Below, piece after piece: positions 34,997-46,400 of a DNA stretch of 59,753 nt. Source of the DNA: a virus; the UHGV virus genome UHGV-0209512; one strand, 5' to 3'. Positions within the stretch are counted from its first letter, which is position 1, and each line of letters opens with the position of its first letter. A program made the position numbers and the translations under genes. The notes below the pieces were generated by a model. It was given only the letters and a program-made list of their open reading frames with translations, made no database searches and was not told the DNA's origin.

Positions 34997-37900
34997 TGGC
35001 CGAAACCGCTTCGCTAGTAATCAGAGTTGACGCGAGAGGGATTAGTACCGCGGACTCCATGTTGCGGAACTTAGCGCGTACAGGTGACACAGCGGAGCGG
35101 TCTGCTCAACGTGTTACCTCCAGCTATAAAACATTGTCTAACACATCTAACGAACTTGCAACTGTCACAAGTCGTTTGGATGCTGCAATTGTAGGAATGA
35201 TTAGCGTTGACACTATTAGCCGTGTTATTTCGCTATCGGACTCCTGGACTATCCTCACCAACAAACTTGAACTGGCTCGTACGGGTAATGAAACCGTTGC
35301 GGATGCGCAGCAACGCGTGTTTGATATTGCCCAGCGGTCACGTACAAGCTTGGAAGCGACTGCAACTCTGTACTCCCGTCTCCAGCGTGCGATGAAGAAT
35401 ACTGGTATGACTGGTATGGAGCTTGGACGTATCACGGAAACAATTAACAAAGCAATGATTGTTTCCGGTGCAACATCCCATGAAGCAAGTGCTGCTCTTA
35501 TTCAGTTTTCGCAAGCGATGGCATCCGGTGTTTTGCGCGGGGATGAATTCCGATCTGTTGCAGAACAGGCACCGCGCTTAACTCAAATCATGTCCGATTC
35601 GTTAGGCGTTACCATTGGACAATTGCGTGAGCTGGCGTACAGCGGAAAGTTAACATCAGATGTGGTTATCAAATCGTTGTCTGGTGCTGCGGATACAATT
35701 GATAAAGAATTTAGCCGCACTATGCCAACGTTCAACCAGCAATGGACAGTTGCAACAAACAACCTGACTAAGTTTATGGGTGAATCCCAAAAGACTCAAG
35801 GTGCGGTTGCTGCATTGGGACAGACGTTTGTTGCATTATCCGAAAACTTAGGAACGGTTGTAACGGTTGGTTCAGCTTTAGCCACAGTGATTACCGCCCG
35901 TATCATTACGGCAATGCTTGCTAAGACTAAAGCGTCTATAGCTGCTGCAAAAGCATCACGGATGGAAGCTGCACAAACGGCGGCAACTACGGCGGTGATG
36001 CAAAGCTCTATTGGCGTTACCGCACAGAAAGCGGCTGCGGATCGTGCTGCTTCGCTTGCATCGTTGCAGGTGGCACGCGGTGCATTAGCAGTTGCTAAAG
36101 GTACGGCAGCGGAAGCAGGCGCACGTCTTGCTCTTATTAACGCTACCCGTGCGCATTCTGCGGCAATTATGGCGGACGTACAAGCGCGGCAAGCGCTCAA
36201 TGCTGCGCTCAATGCAACCGTACCAGCCGCAAGCCGAGCCGCTACAGCAATGAGCGTGCTGCGCGGTGCTATGGGGTTAATTGGTGGTCCTGTTGGTGTA
36301 GCAATGCTGGCAGCGGGTGCAATTTACTCCTATAAAGCGTCGCTGGAAGCTGGTCGTGCGGAAAACAATCAGTTTGCAGATAGTGTTGATAGTGTACGCG
36401 AAAAACTAATGCAGATGACGGAAGCTCAGCTGGCAGCTAACGCTGTCAAAGCTCGCGCAATACTTCCTGAACTTGAAGAGCAAATGAAGCGGGAACAGAC
36501 CGCTCTAAAATCTGCAACAGAAACGCAAAAGTTCTACGAAGCACAATTAAAACGTCGAGCTGCATCCGGTCGAGATACTGCTAGTGCGGAAAAGAACTTA
36601 CAGATTGCTACGGATAACGTCAAGCTAGCTGCTGAACGCGCGGAAGACGCACAACGTCGATATAACAATGTGCTTGAAATGACAAGCCCCGCTATAGAGA
36701 AAATAATCCCTCTAGCACGTCAGCTTGCTGCGGATATGAAGGCTGTCCTTAGCATTAAATCCGGTCCGTTAATTGACGAAAAAGTATTGGATCGCTTTAA
36801 AGGTCAACTCGGGGACGTTAACCGTGAAATTGATGTTAACACGGTTAAGGGTGCTGGCAATGCTCGCCAAGCTGCAATCCTTAGCGGGCTGTATCAAACG
36901 CTGGGCAAGGATGCGGATACATACGGAAGTCTTATTCGCAAAGTAGCTATGGGTCAGGATGTTAGCTCAGAGGCAACAAGCGAATCCGCTAAAGAGCTTG
37001 TTAAATACGCTCAAGATTTAGCCCAAGCTCTTGGCAAAAACTACGATCTTGAAGAAGCAGAGCGAAACCGGACTAAAGCTACAAAAGACGGTATTAAAGC
37101 GGAGCAACAAAACGCCAAAGTTATTGAGGATTTGCGAAACAAGCTTGATGAGGTAACCACAGGGGTTAAGGAAAACGCCAAAGCTAAGGCGCAAGCAGTA
37201 GCGCTTAATAAGCTCAATGCATCTGCGACGGCTGCGGAAAAAGCAGAAGTTGTAAGTCTTGCTGCTGCAATCTACGATGCAGAAGAAGCTCAGAAGAAAC
37301 TGGATGAACGCAAGAAGAATCGTAAGTTTGCTCAAGGCTTGTTAGATGAAGGTATGACGGACTATGAAAAAATTGCGTATGAGCAGAACACTAAGATTGC
37401 AGAACTCAATGCTAAGCAACGAGCGGATGACCTAGCTTATTATCAACTTTACGAAGACGCTAAAACCCAAGTATTGAAAAAAGCAAGTATGGAAAGGGAA
37501 AATCTGGATAAAGTTCTTATGAACCGAATGATATCCTTTTCTCAGGAATCCTTGGGTATTATACTGTCTGGACTGGAAGAAGGTGTTAGTAAACAAAACT
37601 TTATTTATAAAGCGATGTTTGCTGCACAGAAAGCAATGCAAATTCCGTCAATATTGGCAAACACTGAAACCGCTGCATCTGCTGCCCTTGCATGGGGTAC
37701 TCAGCAAGGTGGTGCGACGATGGGCGCTGCAATGGCGGGTATTGTGAAAGCTATGGGTTATGCGTCGGCCGCTACTGTGGGTGGCTTAGCAATCGCTGGT
37801 ATGGCGCATGACGGTATTGATAATGTCCCACGCGAAGGTACATGGTTATTGGATAAAGGTGAACGTGTACTTAATGCCCCGTCTAATGACAAATTAAATC

Positions 37901-38112
37901 GATTCCTGGATAGCCAAGCTTCACAACAAGGTGGCGTGAATATGTCCGGTGGTGTTAGCATTGTTCAGTATATCACGGTGCAAGGAAATGGCGATGCTGC
38001 ACTCACGCAAGCCATGCAGCAAGCAGCTCGTGATGGTGCGGAGCAGGGATATAATAAAGTTCTTAGTGACTTTGCATCCCGAGGAACAATTCGTAGAACT
38101 GCAATGGGGTAA
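34996..38112 (+). CDS. Tail tape measure protein
   Basis: 1038 aa, Ala/Gln-rich helical protein downstream of the chaperone pair. Confidence 0.8.
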   Translation: MAETASLVIRVDARGISTADSMLRNLARTGDTAERSAQRVTSSYKTLSNTSNELATVTSRLDAAIVGMISVDTISRVISLSDSWTILTNKLELARTGNETVADAQQRVFDIAQRSRTSLEATATLYSRLQRAMKNTGMTGMELGRITETINKAMIVSGATSHEASAALIQFSQAMASGVLRGDEFRSVAEQAPRLTQIMSDSLGVTIGQLRELAYSGKLTSDVVIKSLSGAADTIDKEFSRTMPTFNQQWTVATNNLTKFMGESQKTQGAVAALGQTFVALSENLGTVVTVGSALATVITARIITAMLAKTKASIAAAKASRMEAAQTAATTAVMQSSIGVTAQKAAADRAASLASLQVARGALAVAKGTAAEAGARLALINATRAHSAAIMADVQARQALNAALNATVPAASRAATAMSVLRGAMGLIGGPVGVAMLAAGAIYSYKASLEAGRAENNQFADSVDSVREKLMQMTEAQLAANAVKARAILPELEEQMKREQTALKSATETQKFYEAQLKRRAASGRDTASAEKNLQIATDNVKLAAERAEDAQRRYNNVLEMTSPAIEKIIPLARQLAADMKAVLSIKSGPLIDEKVLDRFKGQLGDVNREIDVNTVKGAGNARQAAILSGLYQTLGKDADTYGSLIRKVAMGQDVSSEATSESAKELVKYAQDLAQALGKNYDLEEAERNRTKATKDGIKAEQQNAKVIEDLRNKLDEVTTGVKENAKAKAQAVALNKLNASATAAEKAEVVSLAAAIYDAEEAQKKLDERKKNRKFAQGLLDEGMTDYEKIAYEQNTKIAELNAKQRADDLAYYQLYEDAKTQVLKKASMERENLDKVLMNRMISFSQESLGIILSGLEEGVSKQNFIYKAMFAAQKAMQIPSILANTETAASAALAWGTQQGGATMGAAMAGIVKAMGYASAATVGGLAIAGMAHDGIDNVPREGTWLLDKGERVLNAPSNDKLNRFLDSQASQQGGVNMSGGVSIVQYITVQGNGDAALTQAMQQAARDGAEQGYNKVLSDFASRGTIRRTAMG

Positions 38113-38115
38113 TTT

Positions 38116-38700
38116 ATGCTCACTTGGCCCGAAGAGCTTAGACCATCAGAAATGGAATGGTATTTAGTCTCAAACGCTGTAGAATTTACAAGCCCCTTCA
38201 ATGGGGCTTCCCAAACTGTGTCCTATCCAGGATCACGATGGGAAGCAACATTAACTTTTAACAATTTAAATGACTGGCAATCAAGAAAGCTTGAATCAAC
38301 ATTAGCTAAGCTTGACGGTAAAGCTGGTCGAATTACGCTTCAAGATTTTGGTCGTTGGGGTCGTCCGCCAATGGGATCACCTGTGGTTAATGGTGCTAAC
38401 AATACGGGGACAACTTTATCCACTAAAGGCTGGACACCTAATAGAAAGGTCTTATGGGAAGGGGATTACATTGCAGTAAACAATGAATTAAAATTAATAA
38501 CGGAAGATGCTTGGAGTGATGATTCCGGTAACGTGATTCTAAATATAGCTCCTATGTTAAGAAGCATCCCTCCAAACGGGGCTAAGATTGAAACTCAGAA
38601 ACCACAAGGTGCTTTTCGCTTAGCAGAGAACACTAACGGGGTTAAACGTCAACCTGCATTCAATAACTCCTTTACTTTAAAATTTTCGGAGGCGTTTTAA
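38116..38700 (+). CDS. Minor tail protein (lambda M-like position)
   Basis: 194-aa ORF right after tape measure. Confidence 0.45.
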   Translation: MLTWPEELRPSEMEWYLVSNAVEFTSPFNGASQTVSYPGSRWEATLTFNNLNDWQSRKLESTLAKLDGKAGRITLQDFGRWGRPPMGSPVVNGANNTGTTLSTKGWTPNRKVLWEGDYIAVNNELKLITEDAWSDDSGNVILNIAPMLRSIPPNGAKIETQKPQGAFRLAENTNGVKRQPAFNNSFTLKFSEAF

Positions 38701-39284
38701 TGTTATTCAGTCCATTTAGCGACGAGCTTCTTTCTGCAATGGAGCAACCAAACGTCGGTTTGGTGTTAGCAGCGGAAATAAACTTCCCATCTGGTGTTAC
38801 TCGCGTTCATACAGGAACCGGAACCGTTATTATCAATGGTCAAACATTCCTGGGCGTAGGTACACTTGGGGATGTTGGATCTGTTACTGAAGAAAACAGC
38901 ACAAGCTCCAGCACAATGTCCATGGCGCTTAGCGGGCTGGATATGAGCCTTGTTGGTGAAACTTTAAACGAAGAAGTTATCGGATGTGATGTTGTGTGCT
39001 ATCTAGCTGTAATGAACGATCGAGGTGTTGTTACTGGTGCCAACGTATTATTTGAAGGGTTTATTACAGACACATCCTTACAAGCTGGTCAACAAAACGC
39101 ATTGAGCTATGTTATTGCCAACGTATTTGAACGTTGGTCGCAAGGTTTACCGGATCGTTACACGGATGAAAGCCAACAACGTTTACATCCAGGCGATCGC
39201 TTTTTTAGATATGTTGCGCAAATGGCGGAACGTTCAATCTTTTGGGGGAGTAAAAAAGATGCGCCAGGGTTCACCTATGAGTAA
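38700..39284 (+). CDS. Minor tail protein (lambda L-like position)
   Basis: 194-aa ORF; tail-tip module order. Confidence 0.45.
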   Translation: MLFSPFSDELLSAMEQPNVGLVLAAEINFPSGVTRVHTGTGTVIINGQTFLGVGTLGDVGSVTEENSTSSSTMSMALSGLDMSLVGETLNEEVIGCDVVCYLAVMNDRGVVTGANVLFEGFITDTSLQAGQQNALSYVIANVFERWSQGLPDRYTDESQQRLHPGDRFFRYVAQMAERSIFWGSKKDAPGFTYE

Positions 39285-39693
39285 GCTGCCGGGCTGGCAG
39301 ACACGTTTATTAACCACAGTAAAGGAGTTGTCATCGACTCCTTTTTCTTGGGGTGAAAATGATTGCTGCACGTTTGCGGCTAAATGTGTTGATGCTCAAT
39401 ACGGTACAACTATCTATGATGAGATAGCAGGTAAATATAGCACAGAGCTTGGAAGCAAGAGATTTTCAATTGAAAAAGTTGGAACAGCTTATCTTCCAAC
39501 TTTGCTGGATGCTTATTTGAGCGAACGGGTTGATAAAAATTATGCGCAAAGAGGCGATGTGGTTACATTTAAGGGAGCTTTAGGCTTAACTGCTGGCATA
39601 TTATGGACGGGATATGTATGGGCCATGGGCCCAAACGGTGTGGAAACGTTCCCGCTTAATAAGATCGAAATTACGGATATTTGGAGGGTCTAA
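39259..39693 (+). CDS. Tail assembly protein with NlpC/P60-like cysteine motif (lambda K-like position)
   Basis: ORF 39109..39693 trimmed to ATG 39259 after GGGGGAG; WGENDCCTFAA suggests a Cys active site. Confidence 0.45.
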   Translation: MRQGSPMSKLPGWQTRLLTTVKELSSTPFSWGENDCCTFAAKCVDAQYGTTIYDEIAGKYSTELGSKRFSIEKVGTAYLPTLLDAYLSERVDKNYAQRGDVVTFKGALGLTAGILWTGYVWAMGPNGVETFPLNKIEITDIWRV

Positions 39694-42344
39694 TGCCACC
39701 AGCAATAATTGGAGCAGCAATAGCTTTAGGTGCTTCCGCTGCCGCTGCGGCGGGGTGGATTGCTACGGGTGTAGCTTTAGCTATTGGTATGGCTGCAACC
39801 GCGGCAGGTGCTCTTCTAACTAAGACACCTAATACAAACTTTAATGCTTATAAAGGTCAACAAGAACGTAAGCAAGTTCTACGAGCAGCCGCAGCCCCGC
39901 GTACCGTAGTCTATGGAACAACCGTTGCTTCCGGTGTTATGGTGTTTGCGGAAGAGCAACCGGGCGATCAAGAAGAAGACGAATTGCTGCACATGGCTTT
40001 AGTTATAGCAGGACACCCTCTTGATGGTATTGGAGATATATGGCTTGGGGATGACCTTGTTCAAACGTTTGAGGATTATGTTACTTGGGAGTTTCATAAT
40101 GACCGTCAGACTGTAGACCCTTTCATGAAAAAGAATTGTCCTTCCTGGAAGGAAGATATGATTGGTAAAGGGATCGCATGGCTTCGCATTAGTTTTAAAT
40201 TTAATGCGGAGAAATTCCCGTCAGGTTTACCAAACGTCAAAATGCTGAAACGTGGTCGCCGTATATACGATCCACGTTCCGGACAAACTGTATTCAGCGA
40301 TAACGCTGCATTAGTCATACTCGATTATTTCCGTACTTACCTAAAACGTAAAGACGAGAATATTAACTGGGATCAGTTTAAAGAAGCAGCTAACATCTGC
40401 GATGAATACGTTCCTAATGCGGATGGTTCTACTGAACAGCGCTATAGAATTAATGGTGAGTTTGAAGTAGATGAAGCGCCTTCTAAAATCCTGGATGCAA
40501 TGCTACAGGCTTGCGGCGGTGAACTAACATATGTAGCTGGTAAACACGGTCTGCTGGTTGGTGCATATTATGGTCCCGCAACAATGACTTTGGATGAAAG
40601 CTGCATTGCTGGCGATATTAAAATTGTTCCGGAGACTTCTTACAAGGAGCGCACCAACACCATTACAGGGACATTTATCGACCCGAAGCAAAACTATGTT
40701 GAAGCCGACTTCCCTCCAGTTGTGGTTAAAGAATGGGTGGAAAAGGATGGCGGGGAAATAACTCAGGATATGGATTTCCGTTTTGTTGCTAGCGAGTATC
40801 AAGCTCAACGTCTAGCTAATATTGTTCTACGTCGTAAACGTGTTGGACGTACAATTGAAATCCCTTGTAACATGAAGGGTTATAAGTTCCGTCCAGGAAT
40901 GTATGTAAAAGTTATCATTACGCAGATTGGCATGAAGAATGTTGAAATGCGTGTTACCAAATGGTCGTTTAACCCTAAAGGCGGAGTTAACCTGACATTA
41001 CGCCAGGATTTCCTGGAGATGTGGGACGATGCTATTGGTAAACCTATGGAGCGCCCGGATCTTGTAGACCTACCTACGGGTGGCGTTGCCCAACCTCAGA
41101 ACCTTCAATATCAAATATTACAAATTAGCGATGTTGTACAGGGGGTTCTATCCTGGACCAATATGGGACAGGTTGCGTATAACCGCGTAGCCGTGCGACA
41201 GGGAGGTAAAACTATTTGGACCGCACAAGTCCCTGGCCAAAGTGTCCGCGTTACTGGGTTGCTGCGAGGCGCGTACACAGCGCATGTTCAAGCGGCATCC
41301 TATAGCGGCGCGGTGTCACCGGAAGCTTATCTAGAATTTAACATTCAAGCACCACCTCCGCCAACGTCTGTTGAGGTACAACAGGGTTATTTTGCAATAA
41401 GCTTGATTCCAAAGTCGGCGGACATTTCAAACGTTAGTACGCAATATGATTTCTGGACTTCTGGTGAAACAAGACTTTCTTCTGCATCTACGGATGTAGT
41501 AGAGCGCGATGCGACTCGTAAAGGTATGGGCACAACATGGACTTCCGAAGGTTTGAAGAATGACCACACTTATTACTGGTACATCCGCACTATCAATGCC
41601 TTTGGATCATCTGCATTTGTAGAGGTTGCTGCAACATGCTTCACAACTGCTACAGAACTAATGCCACAGATTGATGCAGAACTCAAAAAGACGGAGACGT
41701 TTAAAGAGCTTACTGCTGAAATTACTGGTGTTAAAGATGGTGTTACCCAGCTTAGTCAAACTGTAGTAGAAACCGAACAACGTTTAAGTCAAAGTATTAG
41801 CAGCGTTCAGGAAAGCTTAAATGATGTTAGCGCAACTGTACAGGAGACAAGTAAAGCAGTTGTTGATCTGGAAGGCAATGTTAACGCTCAATGGGGTGCT
41901 AAAGTACAGGTCGATAATAAGGGGCAAAAATACGTTGCTGGTATCCAGTTAGGTATGGAGGGCTCCGGTGGTGCTGTTCAATCTTACTTTATGGTGAGCG
42001 CAAACAACTTTGCTGTTTATAACCCGACAAACAGTGTAGCAGAATTAGCCTTTGTCGTTAAGAACGGTCAGGTGTTCATGAAAGCTGCATTTATTGAAAA
42101 TGGATCTATCGATAATGCTAAGATTGGTAACTATATTCAGTCCAACAACTATGTAGGCGGTTCTTCTGGCTGGAGGATTACTAAGGACGGGGCTTCAGAG
42201 TTTAATAATGTTATTGTCAGAGGCGAGATACATGCAGCGGTTGGTAAATTTGGATTCGACGGGAATGGAGGTATAACAATCAATAGCAACGGGATTACTG
42301 TTCCATTATCAGGTGGAGGTAAAGTTGTAGTTGGTAGATGGTAA
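39693..42344 (+). CDS. Tail tip / host specificity protein (lambda I+J-like)
   Basis: ORF 39681..42344 with ATG 39693 after GGAGGG; Ala/Gly-rich hydrophobic N-terminus then a large beta-rich body. Confidence 0.6.
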   Translation: MPPAIIGAAIALGASAAAAAGWIATGVALAIGMAATAAGALLTKTPNTNFNAYKGQQERKQVLRAAAAPRTVVYGTTVASGVMVFAEEQPGDQEEDELLHMALVIAGHPLDGIGDIWLGDDLVQTFEDYVTWEFHNDRQTVDPFMKKNCPSWKEDMIGKGIAWLRISFKFNAEKFPSGLPNVKMLKRGRRIYDPRSGQTVFSDNAALVILDYFRTYLKRKDENINWDQFKEAANICDEYVPNADGSTEQRYRINGEFEVDEAPSKILDAMLQACGGELTYVAGKHGLLVGAYYGPATMTLDESCIAGDIKIVPETSYKERTNTITGTFIDPKQNYVEADFPPVVVKEWVEKDGGEITQDMDFRFVASEYQAQRLANIVLRRKRVGRTIEIPCNMKGYKFRPGMYVKVIITQIGMKNVEMRVTKWSFNPKGGVNLTLRQDFLEMWDDAIGKPMERPDLVDLPTGGVAQPQNLQYQILQISDVVQGVLSWTNMGQVAYNRVAVRQGGKTIWTAQVPGQSVRVTGLLRGAYTAHVQAASYSGAVSPEAYLEFNIQAPPPPTSVEVQQGYFAISLIPKSADISNVSTQYDFWTSGETRLSSASTDVVERDATRKGMGTTWTSEGLKNDHTYYWYIRTINAFGSSAFVEVAATCFTTATELMPQIDAELKKTETFKELTAEITGVKDGVTQLSQTVVETEQRLSQSISSVQESLNDVSATVQETSKAVVDLEGNVNAQWGAKVQVDNKGQKYVAGIQLGMEGSGGAVQSYFMVSANNFAVYNPTNSVAELAFVVKNGQVFMKAAFIENGSIDNAKIGNYIQSNNYVGGSSGWRITKDGASEFNNVIVRGEIHAAVGKFGFDGNGGITINSNGITVPLSGGGKVVVGRW

Positions 42345-42347
42345 CAA

Positions 42348-42367
42348 AAAGGGGCGAAAGCCCCTTT
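42348..42367. terminator. Bidirectional terminator AAAGGGGC-GAAA-GCCCCTTT
   Basis: Perfect 8-bp stem with GAAA loop between convergent genes ending at 42344 (+) and 42366 (-). Confidence 0.6.
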
Positions 42368-43331
42368 AATACATATTTGGTAATGCGATAATTGGTGTTG
42401 GAATAACAATATTTCTTTCAGGTGCTGTTAAGGAGCCGAAGCTGTAGTTCCCTATCCTCTGATTTCTTTCAGCACGTACTTTATTGTTATACATATGAAC
42501 ACCATTATAACGCACATTGTGATAGCCGCCTGTATTAATTGACCTCATTCCGTAGAACCCAAGTTGAATTAATCTATCGCCAATATCCTGGTCACTTGGT
42601 GTCAAAGTTAAAGTTTTATCAAACAAGAAAGGTTTCTTTACTGTGGAGAACGTAACCTGACCAGCGTTATTTGTCATTGTAATACCGTCGCCCGGAGTTG
42701 GTGGGGTATTATTAAATATTACCAGTTCCATGGTAACACTAGCGGAAACATCATCTATCCCCGAATAGGAAGAGTTTCTAACAACTATATTAGTGCCATC
42801 AAATCCAACAGATATTCCGTTCGCATTCCATCTTGCAAAAGGGATTCCAGATACTGGAAGTCGCATACTCCCGTTAACTGTAACAGTACCAGCATACTGA
42901 CAAGTCATTAATTTTGCATTATTTGAAATAGCTGTAAAATCCGTAGAGTTTGACACATACAGACCCGTGTTATATGTAGAAGCAGGTAATACTTCCATGA
43001 TAGATCCTGCCCATTGTGGGAGTTTTCCAGTATACCCAAAAGGATTACCACCCCTTAAAATAATACCAGAATTCCCATTCCTGGAGATGGAGGAGATATA
43101 GAAAGGTGAAGGAACAACAAGACCTTGATCATACACCTCAATGATGTCAACAGGCTTAGTAGGAATTACAAAAACTTCAGAAGCTTGGGTAAGAGTGGTA
43201 TCGATTGTTAAAGTTTGGTCAGATTGACAACGCTGATTAAAGTTAGCACAAAAAGATAAAGCCCGTAGACCTGACGTTATTTGCATTGCAGGTCTTCCGT
43301 CATTGTAGTTTATGTAAATACCTTCAGGCAT
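42366..43331 (-). CDS. Hypothetical beta-rich protein (321 aa) on the opposite strand within the tail-fiber locus
   Basis: ORF 42366..43346 trimmed to ATG 43329-43331 after GGAG; Ser/Thr/Asn/Gly-rich; no signal peptide seen. Confidence 0.5.
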   Translation of the reverse strand: MPEGIYINYNDGRPAMQITSGLRALSFCANFNQRCQSDQTLTIDTTLTQASEVFVIPTKPVDIIEVYDQGLVVPSPFYISSISRNGNSGIILRGGNPFGYTGKLPQWAGSIMEVLPASTYNTGLYVSNSTDFTAISNNAKLMTCQYAGTVTVNGSMRLPVSGIPFARWNANGISVGFDGTNIVVRNSSYSGIDDVSASVTMELVIFNNTPPTPGDGITMTNNAGQVTFSTVKKPFLFDKTLTLTPSDQDIGDRLIQLGFYGMRSINTGGYHNVRYNGVHMYNNKVRAERNQRIGNYSFGSLTAPERNIVIPTPIIALPNMY

Positions 43332-43456
43332 TATGGACTCCAACAATGTGGTTAAAGATGATAGACAATATTGTTTTATATTCTAATTTAATTTACCATA
43401 TTTGTATGCCATAGTGCATCCATTAATTGATCAACTCTGCGAGACAAGAGGTAAAA

Positions 43457-46400
43457 ATGGCAACTCGTTTATATGGTGTTTTGCTTGATGGCTTAAAAAA
43501 ACCAATCGTTAATGCGACGGTTGTGCTCTTAGCAAAAGGGAACACAATAACCGTCCTTAACGGTAGCGAAGCAATTTTTAAGACTGACGCTCAGGGTGCT
43601 TATAATGTCACCGTACAGTCCGGCTATTATAAAGTGATTATAGGTCCACAAGGTATCGAACCTTATAAAGCTGGGGAAATTGCAATATATGCAGATAGCC
43701 CGGAAGGATCTCTTAACAGTTATTTAGTTAACTGGGCGGAAGAAGACTTAACGCCTGAAGTTATTAAACAAGTTAAAGAGCTGGTAGCAGTCTCAGAAGA
43801 GTACGCTCTCCAGGCTGGAAGATCCGCTGCTGCTGCTCAATCTGATGCTACCGATGCACGCAATAGTAAAGCTTCCGCTGCTCAATCCGCCTCGGACGCG
43901 CTTGTGTATAAAAACGACTCTAAAGCTAATGCTGACGCCGCTAAACAGGCACAAGCAGGGGCTGCGGGGTCTGCCAACACCGCCAATACAGCTTTAACCA
44001 CAATTCAGGGCATTCAAAAGGATGTTACAGCGTCCAAGGACCGCGCCGTGACTGCGGAAACCAATGCTAAATCCAGCGAGAATGTGGCTACGCAAGCTAA
44101 AACAGAGGCTGTGACTGCTAAAGATCAAGCTGTAGCGGCTAAGGACAAAGCCAAAGAATATGTAGATAGTATTCAACCTGCAAACTTTGTCGTCAAGTCT
44201 CAGAATTTAGCAGATTTACCTGATAAGACTAGATCGAGAAATAATCTCTCTGCAATGTTAGACTCTAAAGTAGGTCTTGATGCTACTACTGACCTAAACA
44301 GTCTCAACGGTGTAAAGGCTGGGTTTTACTATCAACCAATGTCAGCTAACGCTAAACCTGAACTGAACTACCCCATTGCTTTGGCTGGAGCACTTCTGGT
44401 AATCAAGACAGGTGCTAACACAGAATACTCCTGCAAGCAAGTTTATAGTCTCTATAACAATCCCAATGTAACATACTCAAGAGTTCTTAACGCATCTACT
44501 GGTCCGAATGCGCCTTGGTCTGAATGGAGAAAACATACAGCTTTGGAAAGGGTTGAAGAGGGTCTTTCTACAACTTACATGTACTCCATCTACTCTTTAG
44601 GCTCTCCTAGACTTCAAGTAAATACGGAGGGTTTATGGGGATGTAGTGATGGTACTAGATGGATCCCATTAGCTGTTGCACAAGGTGGTACTGGTGCAAC
44701 TACTATTGAGGATGCCAAAACGAATCTACAAATCCCTGAGGGTGGATTAACAAAAGCCATGTACTTGCAAGCGCCAAAAGGTGCCGAAGATGGTAAATAC
44801 TACCCTGTCATAATCGACGTCTCAGGAATTGAAGGTAACGGAAACCTTACGTGCCCTGTTGATATAAAAACAGCAGGACGTGTATCATCCGATCCGATGA
44901 ATAGCAATACATTTAGCGGGTATTTTAGATGTGGTGGCTGGACTGATACCAAAGATATAGCCTGCGGATCATTTATTGCCTATGATAAAAATGAGCTAGG
45001 GATACTCTGCCTTAAAGTTTCGCAGAAAGATTATCCGCAATATGTAGCGTTCTATATCCATAAAGCCGCTTTCCCGATATTATTGCAAACAGGCTATAAA
45101 GCGCGGGTTATTGTACCAACAGAAGATTATGCGATCGGCACAAACGGCGTCAAATATAAATTTGGTGTATCAACGTCAGAAGAGGGTAATGTCGAGAACG
45201 CAGTTAAAAATGCTCTCGATTTTACTGGCGGAGAAAGCGGGTTTTATAGCAACCTTCCGTTCAGACAAGGGGTGTCAGAAAGGATTGCATTAACAAATGG
45301 CCTGAGTTTTGATAAAAATTTTACCGTCACTATTCCTATATTTGTAAACAATGGTCAGATTAAAGCAACACAATCTTTCACCACGTATGGTACGGACGCT
45401 GCAAACAGAACATTTGTTTCTCAAAGATTACAATCCGAAGGAGGTCCGGTTGTCGATCAAACCGAACTAAGGGCTGCTAATGCTTCTGGTGAAATTGTTG
45501 TCAGAGATACAAATAATTCAAGTAATTCCAAGTGGTTTTCTTTTAAACTTGATGGAACATTTGATGCTTATCATGGGTTAACTCTCCGCACAGGGCATAA
45601 CTGGACTATCCAACATACAGATAACGTAAACAAGTTTAAGCCAATAGCAGGGAGCGCAGGCGGTCCTGACGGAACAATGGTTGTTGGCGGGTTCCATGCT
45701 CAATTTAGCGGTAATTACGTCACACAATTCGCCGGTCGCAACTCCAAATTTTGGGCAAGAAGCTTTGAGGCTGGTGTTGATAAGGGATGGAAACAACTAT
45801 TAACAGTAGACGATCTAAATTCAGCAACCGATCTTGCTGTCAGATCATTAACCACATCTAACCCGGTAAAATCCGGTGGAGGGCGAATTGATGTCCTTGG
45901 AAGCACGTCAGACTATAGCAAAATGGATTGCTTTGTACGTGGGTTTGATAGCACCGGTAATTCTCTCGCGTGGGCGTTGGGTTCATCAGTCGGCGTAAGT
46001 AAGATGCTATCGCTAAAAAATTTCTTTAGCGGAGCTGAGATACTGCTAAATGGCAGTGATGGAGCAGTTCAACTCAAAACAGGTACTGTTGGAGGAGCCG
46101 CTGCGCAAGCAATTACTATAAATAAAGATGAAGTTTATTCAACTGTCAATTTTTCTATTACAAAAGAAGGTAAACGGTTCTCTATAGAAAATAGTGCCAA
46201 CTCTGAGTTATCGTTTAATATGAGGGTATGGGGATCCAGTACCCGTCAAAACGTTTTTGAGGTTGGAACGTCTGCTGCGTATTTGTTCTATGCTCAAAAA
46301 ACATCACAGGGACAACTGTTTGATGTAAACGGTAATATTAACTGTGTAACACTTAACCAATCATCGGACCGAAGACTTAAAGAGAATATCAATGTCATTG

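Noticed and set aside
35796-36212. 138-aa minus-strand ORF inside the tape measure gene
   Set aside because: Antisense to an Ala-rich stretch of the tape measure gene; no start context.
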